Source: Octopus sinensis (lineage: Eukaryota). From it: a stretch of DNA of 17,463 bases. Location: NCBI RefSeq assembly GCF_006345805.1, contig NW_021824861.1, positions 1 through 17,463 on the forward strand, given 5' to 3'. The translations under genes were made by a program, and so were the position numbers. Below the pieces are notes generated by a model. The model was not told where the DNA came from and searched no databases. It saw nothing but the letters and a program-made list of their open reading frames with translations. This document shows positions 1 to 9,108 of the stretch, in pieces (within the stretch, counting starts at the first letter, position 1; each line of letters begins with the position of its first letter).

Positions 1-290
1 ATGTTTCCAAAGGTGAATTATCCAAACCTCAAAGAATCACACTCAACACATTGCCAAGATGCTCCCCAACTACTTCTGCTTGTGATCAGAGATGCACATA
101 TCGTCGGCCACTAAGGGACATGCTCAACTGGTTAAGGCCAAACAACTGACAAGCAAATCTGTGGTATTGAGCAGAATATTTGCTGTAGCCCAACAATTTT
201 ATACCAAGACAATACAATATACATGATAACACCTCCAATCAGTTAAGATAAGGAGCCATGAGAGCCACTGCCTGGTACTGCATCAGGGCA
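1..290 (-). mobile_element. Unclassified ~560-bp interspersed element (family X), copy 1, cut by window edge
   Basis: Near-identical to 8085-8348, 15649-15922 and 16427-16659 (e.g. atgtttccaaaggtgaattatccaaacc, gcaaatctgtggtattgagcagaatatttgctgtagccc). Ends ...gtactgcatcagggca directly against (TTA)n. Strand inferred from an (AAT)n tail on the minus strand. Confidence 0.85.
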
Positions 291-309
291 TTATTATTAT
301 TGTTATCAC

Positions 310-340
<31 letters not shown>

Positions 341-368
341 GTTGTTGTTGTTGTTGTTGTTGTTGTTA
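291..368. repeat. (TTA)n/(TTG)n microsatellite
   Basis: Direct reading; separates family X copies 1 and 2. Confidence 0.95.
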
Positions 369-373
369 CTTCT

Positions 374-567
374 GAGTTCATGCCATCCAAGTGACACAGG
401 GTTACATCATACGAAGGCCAGTATACCTATCATGGCTACCTGTCTGATAAGGGTACACCAGGCATATGCATCACAACCATATGAGCACGACATGGTGATC
501 TCACATCAAGATAAACAGCGCATGTCCTTGCAGGTGGGGCTCAGTTAGAATTTTCTTATGGTCGAGT
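374..567 (-). mobile_element. Family X copy 2 (truncated)
   Basis: catgccatccaagtgacac...ctgataagggtacaccaggc...cagttagaattttctt..ggtcgagt matches 7817-8020 and 16159-16362. Confidence 0.85.
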
Positions 568-814
568 CGCCAGGGTGACCATTGAATTTCTTGTCTTTTT
601 AATGGGCCAGCAAAGTACAGTAGCAACTACGTATTGGATTTTATGTAATTGAATGTACTCCACTCCTAAAAATTTGCGACCTTGATTCTGTCACAGAAAA
701 ATCATAAATACCAGTTTTGACCCTGCGCATTACTATGAATCACGGACTACGTCTTGGAGTGGACGCTTCTGTTTTGTATGTAGTGTCGGTGTCCTGGTAT
801 CTGCAAGTAAGAAA

Positions 815-925
815 TCAGTAGATTGGCAGAATCGTTAGAGCACTGGACAAGATGCTCTGCGCTTTTTCGTCCTAGTGTTCCAAATTTAAATCCTAATTGG
901 ATTAACTTTACCTTTCATCCTTCCA
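815..925 (+). mobile_element. Degenerate SINE family 1 head/core
   Basis: ttggcagaatcgttagagcactggacaagatgct...tttacctttcatccttcc resembles the head and central core of the intact SINE at 1201. Confidence 0.55.
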
Positions 926-1200
926 ATATAATTGCAATGTTTGTTCCGGTCTTTGTATTGCTTTGGGGGCACATTCCATCATTGTATTTAATCTTTCCGG
1001 AGTTGATAGCATAAGGTTCCGATACAGGCATGTCCGGGTGTTCGCGAACTTGTTGAATGCTTATTGCCCATGCATATATATTTTATTCCGCGGTGCTTCG
1101 TGCGACTCTGCATGGCAGGAAAGTACCTCCACAAGCTTAAAGCTTTTATCAAAGAAGTCACCAGTGGTCTTTCGTTCAGCTGATGATATATGGAAGATGG

Positions 1201-1429
1201 CGAGCTGGCAGAAACGTTAATACGCCAGGTGATAATGCTTAACGGTATTTCGTCTGTCGCTACGTTCTGAGTTCAAATTCCGCCGAGGTCGACTTTGCCT
1301 TTCATCCTTTCGGGGTCGATTAAATAAGTACCAGTTACGCACTGGGGTCGATATAATCGACTTAATCCGTTTGTCTGTCCTTGTTTGTCCGCTCTGTGTT
1401 TAGCCCCTTGTGGGTAGTAAAGAAATAGG
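1201..1429 (+). mobile_element. tRNA-derived SINE family 1 (tail A), near full length, with 14-bp TSD
   Basis: A-box-like tggcagaaacg, B-box-like gagttcaaattcc, core gcctttcatcctttcggggtcga..aagtaccag (Nin-domain-like), tail tagccccttgtgggtagtaaagaaatagg. Perfect TSD tatatggaagatgg at 1187-1200 and 1430-1443. Confidence 0.92.
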
Positions 1430-1480
1430 TATATGGAAGATGGAGCTTCTTGCGCGGCCCTAGTTGTTGCTGTTGTTGTT

Positions 1481-1790
1481 GTCTGCAAAGCCCTGGATCA
1501 TGTCTGCTTTGCTGCTAAGCCAGAAATCCTGCATATGACGCAACTTCGTTTGGATTTTGCTCTGTACAATCCGCAGTCTGAAACCGACTTGGGGTCAGTG
1601 AGGTGAGCCTTGTAAACACGACGCTTTTCCTCTAGTAGCTGCTTGATCTCCGCGCAGTTCTCATCAAACCAGTCCTTGTGCTTCTTTGTAGATGGCTCAA
1701 GCCATTCCATGGCTGTGTCGTACGATGTCACCCGGAGTGCAGCCTAGGCTTCCTCAATATCCTTGCCTTGTAGCACAATGGGGATTTGCA
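1481..1790 (-). pseudogene. RTE (BovB-like) LINE ORF fragment, endonuclease-RT linker, inverted
   Basis: Minus strand reads DIEEA*AALRVTSYDTAMEWLEPSTKKHKDWFDENCAEIKQLLEEK..., then after a frameshift VQSKIQTKLRHMQDFWLSSKADMIQGFAD. The KHxDWFDEN and WLSxKADxIQxFAD motifs are typical of RTE ORFs. Confidence 0.88.
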
Positions 1791-2148
1791 GACAAGGCGG
1801 CCAGAAGAAGCGCTTTAAGAACACCCTGAAAGCCTCACTGAAAGCCTTCAACATCGACCATGACACTTGAGAGCAGTCTGCTCTAGACAGAGAAGGGTGG
1901 CGATTAGCTGTCCACAAGGGTGCCAACACATGCGAGACCAATAGGATCGCTGCTGCAGAAGACCGCAGAGAAGCTTGGAAGAACAGAGCTAACAACCCTG
2001 TAGCAGGCGCTACTATTCCCTGTCCACACCGTCAAAGACTCTTTCGGGCGCAGACTGGCCTCACTAGCCATCTGCGGACTCACAAAACAAGCCAACCTTC
2101 ACCCCAGGATGACTAGATGGTCTTCGTCGCATCGACGGACAAACTACA
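1791..2148 (+). pseudogene. RTE (BovB-like) LINE 3' end: ORF C-terminus and 3' UTR
   Basis: Frame from 1793: QGGQKKRFKNTLKASLKAFNIDHDT*EQSALDREGWRLAVHKG...CPHRQRLFRAQTGLTSHLRTH...* (stop 2114-2116; premature TGA 1868-1870). Degenerate C2H2 finger, 3' hairpin cgtcgcatcgacg, then a microsatellite tail. Confidence 0.92.
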
Positions 2149-2197
<49 letters not shown>

Positions 2198-2270
2198 GGT
2201 GGTGGTGATGGTGGTGGTGGTGGTGGCGGCAGCGGCAGCGGCGGCGGCGGCGGCGGCGATAGCGATGACA
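2149..2270. repeat. Compound (GTT)n-(GGT)n-(GGC)n microsatellite
   Basis: Direct reading; follows the RTE 3' end. Confidence 0.95.
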
Positions 2271-2367
2271 ACTATGGTTTTTTTATTATAAACCGTAAGA
2301 CATTGATATGTGGAAAAACTTTTCATGAGAGACGAAACGAAATGTTTGAAGGTTTATTTACTTACGG

Positions 2368-2515
2368 TTCTTTACGTTCTAAGTTCAAATCACATCCAGA
2401 TTTTCATGCCCCACCCACACAGGGGTTACTTAAAATACAAGAATCATTGTATCATCCGTTAAACCCCGCTCCCAAAATGGCTGGCCTTGATCTAATGTTA
2501 GAAATCATTTTTATT
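2368..2515 (+). mobile_element. Degenerate SINE family 1 variant (tail B)
   Basis: ttacgttctaagttcaaat (B-box region) and cccaaaatggctggccttg..gttagaaatcatt resemble 15995-16145. Confidence 0.5.
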
Positions 2516-2683
2516 GATGTTACAATCCATCAATCAAAATAATAATAATTAATAATAATAATAATAATTTTCGATAGCGAATTAGTGGCTCTGACATTAA
2601 CAATAACATTCCTTTCTCCAGTCTTATATATTTGGGGAGGGCGGTATGTATAAGTATAAGCATATTTGTGTGCGTGTGCGCTA

Positions 2684-2970
2684 CACACACACACACACAC
2701 ACACACTCACGCACGCACACACTCACGCACAAACACACACACACACACACACACATATATATGCATATATGTATATCTATCTACCTTGTTCTATTCCCCA
2801 CTCTCTCTCTCTCTTTGTATATATATATATATGTATATATGTGTGTGCGCGTGTGTGTGTGTGTGTATAGGTGTGCGCTAGTATGCTTGGTATGCACGGA
2901 TGTAAGCTTTTATATAGCTATATGTTTATAATTTATATGTAATTTGAATCACACACACACACAAACACAC

Positions 2971-3016
<46 letters not shown>

Positions 3017-3048
3017 ATGTATGTATGTATGTATGTATATATATATAC
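2684..3048. repeat. (CA)n/(TA)n/(TG)n/(CT)n microsatellite cluster
   Basis: Direct reading. Confidence 0.95.
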
Positions 3049-3056
3049 ACTGACCG

Positions 3057-3149
3057 AAGCTTGCTTCCCAACTACATGGTTCCGGGTTCAGATCCACTGA
3101 GTGCTAACTTGGGCAAGTCTTCGGGTCTCCGAAAGCGTTGTGAGTGGAT
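3057..3149 (+). mobile_element. SINE family 2 (CORE-type) head fragment
   Basis: aagcttgcttcccaactacatggttccgggttcagatcccactg..cttgggcaagtc: B-box plus the CORE-like cttgggcaagt motif. Homologous to 8990-9099 (-). Confidence 0.75.
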
Positions 3150-3282
3150 GTATATATGTGTGCGTGCATGCGTTCGTACAAGTGTGTGAGTGAGTGAGTG
3201 TGTGTGTCTGTGTGTGCGTGCGCGCGCGATAAGTCAAAGATAAAAGATACGTAAATTTTATGTATAAAGATTATATACACTC

Positions 3283-3317
3283 GCAGAAAGGCCGCCCTCC
3301 GGGCGGTTTTCTGCTAG
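3283..3317 (+). mobile_element. Helitron-like 3' terminus (GC hairpin + CTAG)
   Basis: ccgccc-tcc-gggcgg hairpin, extendable to gcagaaa/tttctgc, ending 7 nt before ctag (3314-3317). The following base is C rather than the usual T. Confidence 0.45.
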
Positions 3318-3524
3318 CCGCTCGATAATATTTTCACATTTGATTCCCAATTCTAATAATTTTCATATTTTACTTCTAATTATTTCTTTGTGCTCACTTG
3401 CTTAGTAAATATTGCTTTCATTATTTTATCAGTCATAAGCTCTCTTTCTTTTAAGAATCAATCTGTTATATATAGTTATCATTAATAATTGGTAGAAATT
3501 ACAAGGTGTGCTTAGATAGCTGAG

Positions 3525-3654
3525 TGGATGGATGGATGGATGGGTGGATGGATAGATGGATGGAGGAATGGACGGACACACACACACACACACACACAGA
3601 CACACACACACAGACACAGACACAGATACACACACACACACACACACACACACA
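3525..3654. repeat. (GGAT)n + (CA)n microsatellites
   Basis: Direct reading. Confidence 0.95.
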
Positions 3655-3861
3655 AAGCCTGGTGCTGTGAGAACACATGGGAATGCCGTTTTCTTACTTA
3701 TTCAAATATACCCAAATTTAAAACGATCTAATATGACGATATCATTTATCCAGCATGTGTTGAAATATGCCAAAACAATTCAATTCCACACAAAAATGTT
3801 ACTTTACACGTAATTTGTGCGTTAATTCTATTTACTGAAACCTGCTAAAAAGCATATTTTG

Positions 3862-4540
3862 CTTAAAAGTAGTATCTCCTTGTAGACAGAATTGTCAGTA
3901 ATCATACTTATTTCTTTACTACCCACAAGGGGCTAAACACAGAGGGAGCATACTAGGACAGACAAACGGATTAAGTCGATTATATTGACCTCAGTGCGTA
4001 ACTGGTACTTAATTTATCGACCCCGAAAGGATGAAAGGCAAAGTCGACCTCGGCGGAATTTGAACTCAGAACGTAACGGCTGACGAAATGCCTATTTCTT
4101 TACTACCCACAAGGGGCTAAACACGGCTAAATACGGCTACGCATTTCGCCCGGCGTACTAACGTTTCTGCCAGCTCGCCGCCTTATTGTCAGTAATCATA
4201 CTGTTTCCATTTCTCTCAGCCAATGTTTTTACATTAGCCTTCTTTCGAACTCTAGGTAAGGTAACATACAGCTGACCATGTAAGAAGAACTGTGTCGGAA
4301 GATATATTCCAATTTGTTCAAAAGTCTGTCTCTGTGCCTTGTTGCACTTCAAAGCAAAAGATGGCTTTTTTCTTGAGATACATGTGGCATACTTTTGATT
4401 GGCAGAGTTCGTGCATAAGGCCCAGAAGCAACCTCAGCCTTAATAATATGATCAGGTAAACTGACTGATGTAGTGTGTGCCATTGCAATGTCCATTAGCA
4501 GCATCTAAATCATAGGCAATTTCTTAGAACATGAATTTAT
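3862..4540 (-). pseudogene. Helitron Rep/Hel Pif1-family helicase C-terminal relic, split by a SINE
   Basis: With frameshifts: HVLRN..LDAANGHCNGT..LPDHIIKAEVASGPYA..KPSFALKCNKAQRQTFEQIGIYLPTQFFLHGQLYVTLPRVR...SMITDN[SINE]SVYKEIL. Matches Helitron helicase consensus LRNL..GLCNGT, FAMTINKSQGQT, FSHGQLYVALSRV, NVVYKEIL. Confidence 0.9.
3909..4184 (-). mobile_element. SINE family 1 (tail A) with internal tail duplication and 18-bp TSD
   Basis: Reverse complement of 1201-1429 plus an extra tail piece at 4092-4124. Perfect TSD attgtcagtaatcatact at 3891-3908 and 4185-4202. Confidence 0.93.
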
Positions 4541-4639
4541 AAAAATATTTCCAAACAGTCAAGCTTTTGATATTGCTTTCTTTTAGCAATTTTAGTAATT
4601 GTTTCATACGTAATTAATAAGCAGCTTTTACCATTATAG

Positions 4640-4833
<194 letters not shown>

Positions 4834-5282
4834 ATTAACAATTAAGGAACGCCATAATAGGCCATTCACCCACTAAAATAACAGCCAAAGCTTCTATTGC
4901 CTTGGCAAGATTGGGTATGCCTCGTGTAAATATCTGTTCCGACTTGAGCTATTTCTTGCTGAAGAATCCGAGGGCTTATGGAAGATTGGCTTGATTTAAT
5001 TTAATCAGGTTAGTTTACCATTAAACAGCGGATGAAACGTATAACCGTACAAGAAATTACAGGGTAAATGTTTTTTAATTTTCTCCTGTTTACGGAATTA
5101 ATCTTTATTTGCGGTAGAAGCTTTGGCTGTTATTTCTAGTGGGTGAATGGCCTATTATGGCCGTTCCTTAATTGTTAATGTTGAACTTAAAAATGGTCTA
5201 TGACTATTTAATTTTTTCCCACTGGGCCGCTGGTGGCAATAAAATTCTACAAAATTTTCCTTGCCACCCTATATTGATTAAT
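4834..5282. mobile_element. (TA)n-flanked element with ~63-bp inverted repeats and a distal hairpin
   Basis: 4834-4896 is the reverse complement of 5115-5179 apart from two 1-nt indels. Hairpin ggtggcaa...ttgccacc at 5232-5268. Confidence 0.7.

Positions 5283-5375
<93 letters not shown>
5283..5375. repeat. (TA)n microsatellite
   Basis: Direct reading. Confidence 0.97.
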
Positions 5376-5379
<4 letters not shown>

Positions 5380-5516
5380 TTTGTCCCAAACGTTCGTAAA
5401 CACTTGCGAAAATTGAATTTTTACTCGCCAAGTACTAACAAAAACAACAAAAATTATTCCTTAAAATAAAGACCATTATTTTCCAAGACTTTCTACGAAC
5501 TTTTGGGACAACCTTA
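5376..5516. mobile_element. Tc1/mariner-type MITE
   Basis: Imperfect TIRs taggtttgtcccaaacgttcgta / tacgaacttttgggacaacctta, with TA on both sides. Confidence 0.75.
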
Positions 5517-5519
5517 TAT

Positions 5520-5777
5520 ATAAACGGAATAAGAACGTAAAAGAAATATGGACAGATAGACGATACAAAGACGGACAGGAAAAACCAGTACGGATCATTC
5601 GTCCCGATATTCATCAGCCAAGCTTTCATGTATCATTACAGTTTCGGTCTGTTACACTTGAGACTGTTCAAAATTGGTAGGCCCCAAAAATCTAAGCTAA
5701 GAGCATTAAATGTTTGGAAGAAAACAAGAGGACAAACGAATGTGTACGACAACACAGACAAAAAAGAGAAAACGGAA
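5520..5777 (-). mobile_element. Small TA-flanked island with CGAAA-N24-CTGATGAA motif
   Basis: T-rich minus strand; motif at 5646-5610; bounded by TA repeats. Class unknown (Penelope-like terminal repeat suspected). Confidence 0.45.
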
Positions 5778-5788
5778 ATATATATATA

Positions 5789-5838
<50 letters not shown>

Positions 5839-5853
5839 TGTGAGTGTGTATAT

Positions 5854-6066
5854 AGTCATATTTCCAGCAAGTCCTCTTGCTGGTTGCCTCCTGGGAGAAT
5901 GCAATATTATCGATAATAGAACGAAATTACGCACGACACTTTGGCCGATAACTGTTGAGGAATTGGTGACCTTCTGTGTTTGTTCTCCGTTCGTCTGTGC
6001 ATTCAGGTTATTTACTATGTTTTTCCGCCCGTTTGTTTATTACTACACGTGTTTGACTTCTGAGTA
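5854..6066 (+). mobile_element. Small TA-flanked island with hairpins and CGAAA-N25-CTGTTGAG motif
   Basis: Hairpin ccagcaag-tcct-cttgctgg, palindrome tattatcgataata, motif at 5922-5959. Class unknown. Confidence 0.4.
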
Positions 6067-6393
6067 TACATGTGAGTGTTGTGCGTGCGCGTGTTTGTTT
6101 ACATATAAGCATCTATAAATATATACACATACATATGATTTACATATATGATTTATAAATAAAATTTATACGCATATATAAATACACACACACACACATA
6201 CAATTTATATAATTCATATGCTTAATATATAAACGTAATTTACGTGCATAATTTTATATATATAAATATAATTTACGCTTACACACACATAGAGACATAC
6301 ATATACACATCCATATGTATACACACGCATACATGCATACACGTTTCTTAGATATCCCCCTAACTGCAGTAGAGAAGGCCTAGCTTTCACAAC

Positions 6394-6433
<40 letters not shown>

Positions 6434-6439
6434 AGCACA

Positions 6440-6724
6440 GTCACATTTACCAAAAAAAATGAGGCAGAACGCCCACTAACACCTTCCCCCCTTTTGTCAT
6501 CCCACTCACAAATATCAATGTCTCCCACCTCTCCGCCCAGGCCCACTCTGTCACCAGTTGAAATATATCCGTGTTGCTCCTTCCACCACCAACCTCCTCC
6601 ATCTCTCCCTCCCTCCTTCCTCTCCATTCTCTGTTCTAGACTTCATGTTGAATTCAGTCCACCTTAGTTGCCACCGTCACACGTTCTGCTTCATTATGCT
6701 CTGCCAGAAAAGCTCTACGTAAGT
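6440..6724 (+). promoter_or_regulatory. Candidate promoter / short non-coding exon with 5' splice donor
   Basis: Non-repetitive C-rich island with GC box ccgccc (~6532), pyrimidine tract ending ttctag (AG 6638-6639), Inr-like tcagtc (6654-6659) and a consensus donor gtaagt at 6719-6724. Confidence 0.35.
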
Positions 6725-6774
6725 CACCATATCGCTATTTTCCTCTCCTCTGGTTTATTATTATTATTATTATT

Positions 6775-6907
6775 GGAAGTTTCCTTCTTTTAGGAATTTT
6801 GTTGTAATTGTTTTTCTTCCTGTACACATTCCAATCCCTATCGTTCTGTATTGTCCTGTACTATCCCCAAACTTTTATGTGAAAACTCAGTGGTTAATAA
6901 AGAAATC
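6775..6907 (+). mobile_element. Retroposon 3' tail fragment
   Basis: cgttctgtattgtcct...ggttaataaagaaat followed by (ATT)n. Shares motifs with 7188-7298 and SINE tail A. Confidence 0.5.
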
Positions 6908-6928
6908 ATTATTATTATTATTATAATA

Positions 6929-6991
<63 letters not shown>

Positions 6992-7017
6992 GTTATTATT
7001 ATTATTATTACTAATAA

Positions 7018-7153
7018 TTTGCCTTTCATCCTTTCGGGGTCGATAAATTAAGTACCAGCTGCGCACTGGGGTCGATATAATCGACTTAATCCGTTTGTCT
7101 GTCCTTGTTTGTCCCCTCTGTGTTTAGCCCCCTGTGGGCAATAAAGAAATAAA
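7018..7153 (+). mobile_element. 5'-truncated SINE family 1 (tail A)
   Basis: Near-identical to 1293-1427. Confidence 0.9.
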
Positions 7154-7155
7154 AT

Positions 7156-7187
<32 letters not shown>

Positions 7188-7298
7188 TTTTACACGGACT
7201 TTTCAAACGGACAAAACCCTTTTTGTAACTTCCGTTCTGTATTTGTCCTTCCATGTTTTATTTGATTTTTGTTAGCCCTTGTGGCCAATAAACGAATT
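7188..7298 (+). mobile_element. Retroposon (probable LINE) 3' tail related to SINE tail A
   Basis: ccgttctgtatttgtcctt...ttagcccttgtggccaataaacgaatt versus SINE ccgtttgtctgtcctt...ttagccccttgtgggcaataaagaaat. Confidence 0.55.
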
Positions 7299-7355
7299 AA
7301 TTATTATTATTATTATTAATTATTATTGTTATTATTAATATTATTATTATTATTT

Positions 7356-7398
<43 letters not shown>

Positions 7399-7476
7399 CA
7401 TCATCATCATTATCATCATTATTATTATTATTATTATTAATTATTATTATTATTATTAATATTATTATTATTATTT

Positions 7477-7537
<61 letters not shown>

Positions 7538-7549
7538 TATTATTATTAT

Positions 7550-7756
7550 ATCCTGTAATCAACAGACACATTCGTCCAATCCCAGGCAAAAATTTACATC
7601 ATCTGTGTCCTCTTTGTGACTTCATTGCAAAATCCATACTTGGGCTCGAATTAGACTCACCGCATCCATCGCAAATAGATTCAGCTGCTTTATTTTTAAG
7701 CATTTTTTAATCATCTCCCTCAAACTCTTATATGTCGAAATCGACGGCTGTGACCA
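7550..7756 (+). pseudogene. Second RTE-like LINE 3' end
   Basis: HLCPLCDFIAKSILGL, frameshift, THRIHRK* (stop 7676-7678) forms a C-terminal C2H2 finger. 3' hairpin gtcgaaatcgacgg parallels gtcgcatcgacgg at ~2126; (ATT/ATC)n tail. Confidence 0.65.
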
Positions 7757-7816
7757 TTATTATCATCATCATCATCATCATCATTATTATTATTATTATT
7801 TATTATTATTATTATT

Positions 7817-8348
7817 GAGTGAGAGAGCAGTGCATGCCATCAAAGTGACACTGGGTTATATCATACGAAGCCCAGTATACCCATCATGACTACCTATCTG
7901 ATAAGGGTACACAATGCACATGCATCACAACCATATATACGCGACATGGTGATCTCATATCAAGATAAACAGCACATGACCTTGCGGGTGGGGCCCAGTT
8001 AGAATTTTCTTCTGGTCGAGTAACCCATCCCGCTCAAAAGGTCCCTGAATAAGGGTTGTTTAAGGATGTTGAATGAAACACTCATGTTTCCAAAGGTGAA
8101 TTATCCAAACCCCAAAGAATCCCTCTCAACACATGGCTATGATGCTCCCCCACTACTTCTGCTCATGATCAGAGATGCACATATTGTCAGCCACAAAAGG
8201 ACATGCTCAACTGGTTAAGGTCAAACAACTGACAAGCAAATCTGTGGTATTGAGCAGAATATTTGCTGTATCTCATCTTTTATACCAAGACAAAACAATG
8301 TACATGATGACACTTCCAATAAGCCACGAGAGCCACTGCATCAAGGCA
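7817..8348 (-). mobile_element. Family X copy 3 (both ends present, small internal deletions)
   Basis: Runs from gagtgagagagcagtgcatgccatcaaagtgacactggg to cactgcatcaaggca, with (TTA)n on both sides. Confidence 0.9.
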
Positions 8349-8505
8349 TTTATTATTATTTATTATTATTTTGAGTCTTATTTTATTGAGTTCTTTCATA
8401 ACACTAATGCGACCAGATCATTGAGTCAAGTTCTTTTTATTAATAGTCCTTGATAACAATATATGGTAATTAGCTTTTAATTCCCTGAGTGTGTATTAGA
8501 ATATC

Positions 8506-8733
8506 GCTTTTTTTTTCAACAAATTTTATTCTGCAAAAACAATAACATGTAACAAAAACATCTTTAAATGATTATTCCGGAGTATATTCACCATCTACTT
8601 CAATTACTGTCTCCCATTTGCTTCAATTACTGTCTCACATTTGCTTGGCAGACGATCAGACCGTCCGTCATTTAAAGATGTTTTGTTAAATATTGTTATT
8701 GTTTTCGTTGAATAAAATTTGCTGAAAAAAAGC
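8506..8733. mobile_element. Foldback/MITE-like element with ~66-bp imperfect inverted arms
   Basis: 8506-8571 versus reverse complement of 8668-8733. Internal 23-bp tandem duplication cttcaattactgtctc(c/a)catttg at 8598-8643. Confidence 0.65.
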
Positions 8734-8839
8734 CGCAATATAACTGTGTATGGTGTGACTGCCGTATTTTTTCTCTGGCCATGAAGTATATTACTCGAAC
8801 GAATCCACCTGGTATTTATTATTTTTCCTTTTTTTTCAG

Positions 8840-9099
8840 ATTGGTACTTATTCTATTAGTCTATTTTGCTGAACCGCTAGGTTCTAGGGTGTAAACACAC
8901 CAACACCAGTTGTCACACATACACACACTCATTTATGTATACACGGGCCTTTTGAGGCTGCCGTCCACCAAATTCACACAAAAGATATTAGTCGACCCGG
9001 AGCTATAGTAGAAGACACTTGCCTAAAACACCGTGCAGTGGGACTGAACCTAGAACCATGTGATTACGAAACTTCTCCCCATACAGTCACGCATGCGCC
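8840..9099 (-). mobile_element. SINE family 2 (CORE head + TG spacer + partial 3' module), diverged
   Basis: Minus strand ggcgcatgcgtgactgtatgg...ggttcagtcccactgc..ggcaagtgtcttctactatagc. 8840-8915 matches 10886-10965. Confidence 0.8.
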
Positions 9100-9108
9100 A
9101 TTAATTAT

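Larger units (their letters stand above)
6908..7549. repeat. (TTA)n/(CTA)n/(TCA)n microsatellite field with embedded retroposon tails
   Basis: Direct reading. Confidence 0.95.

Noticed and set aside
230-290. HDV-like or hammerhead ribozyme at the family X end (minus-strand CTGATG)
   Set aside because: Could not assemble the nested pseudoknot or find a GAAA/stem II partner by eye.
571-606. cagggtgacca as a hAT-Tip100-like terminus
   Set aside because: No partner TIR or TSD found; too short to support.
1201-1290. tRNA gene from A/B-box-like motifs
   Set aside because: No cloverleaf; it is the head of a multicopy SINE with TSDs.
960-1462. Moderately GC-rich segment split by the SINE, with 50-85-codon open frames
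   Set aside because: No recognisable motif on either strand after SINE removal; left unassigned.
2109-2542. Poly-Val/Gly/Ala ORFs (up to 141 aa)
   Set aside because: Translations of the GTT-GGT-GGC microsatellite after the RTE tail, plus SINE remnants.
4158-4352. Pif1-like ORF as a host helicase gene
   Set aside because: Catalytic motifs are degraded, frameshifted and SINE-interrupted, as expected for a Helitron relic.
8175-8453. Recurrent ORF MHIxSATKGHAQLV... (also 16519-16773; related ORFs at 342, 15259, 15610)
   Set aside because: Recurs only because it lies in family X. Indels differ among copies and the frames run into microsatellites.
8598-8643. 23-bp direct repeats as CRISPR-like
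   Set aside because: Two abutting copies with no spacer, in a eukaryotic context.
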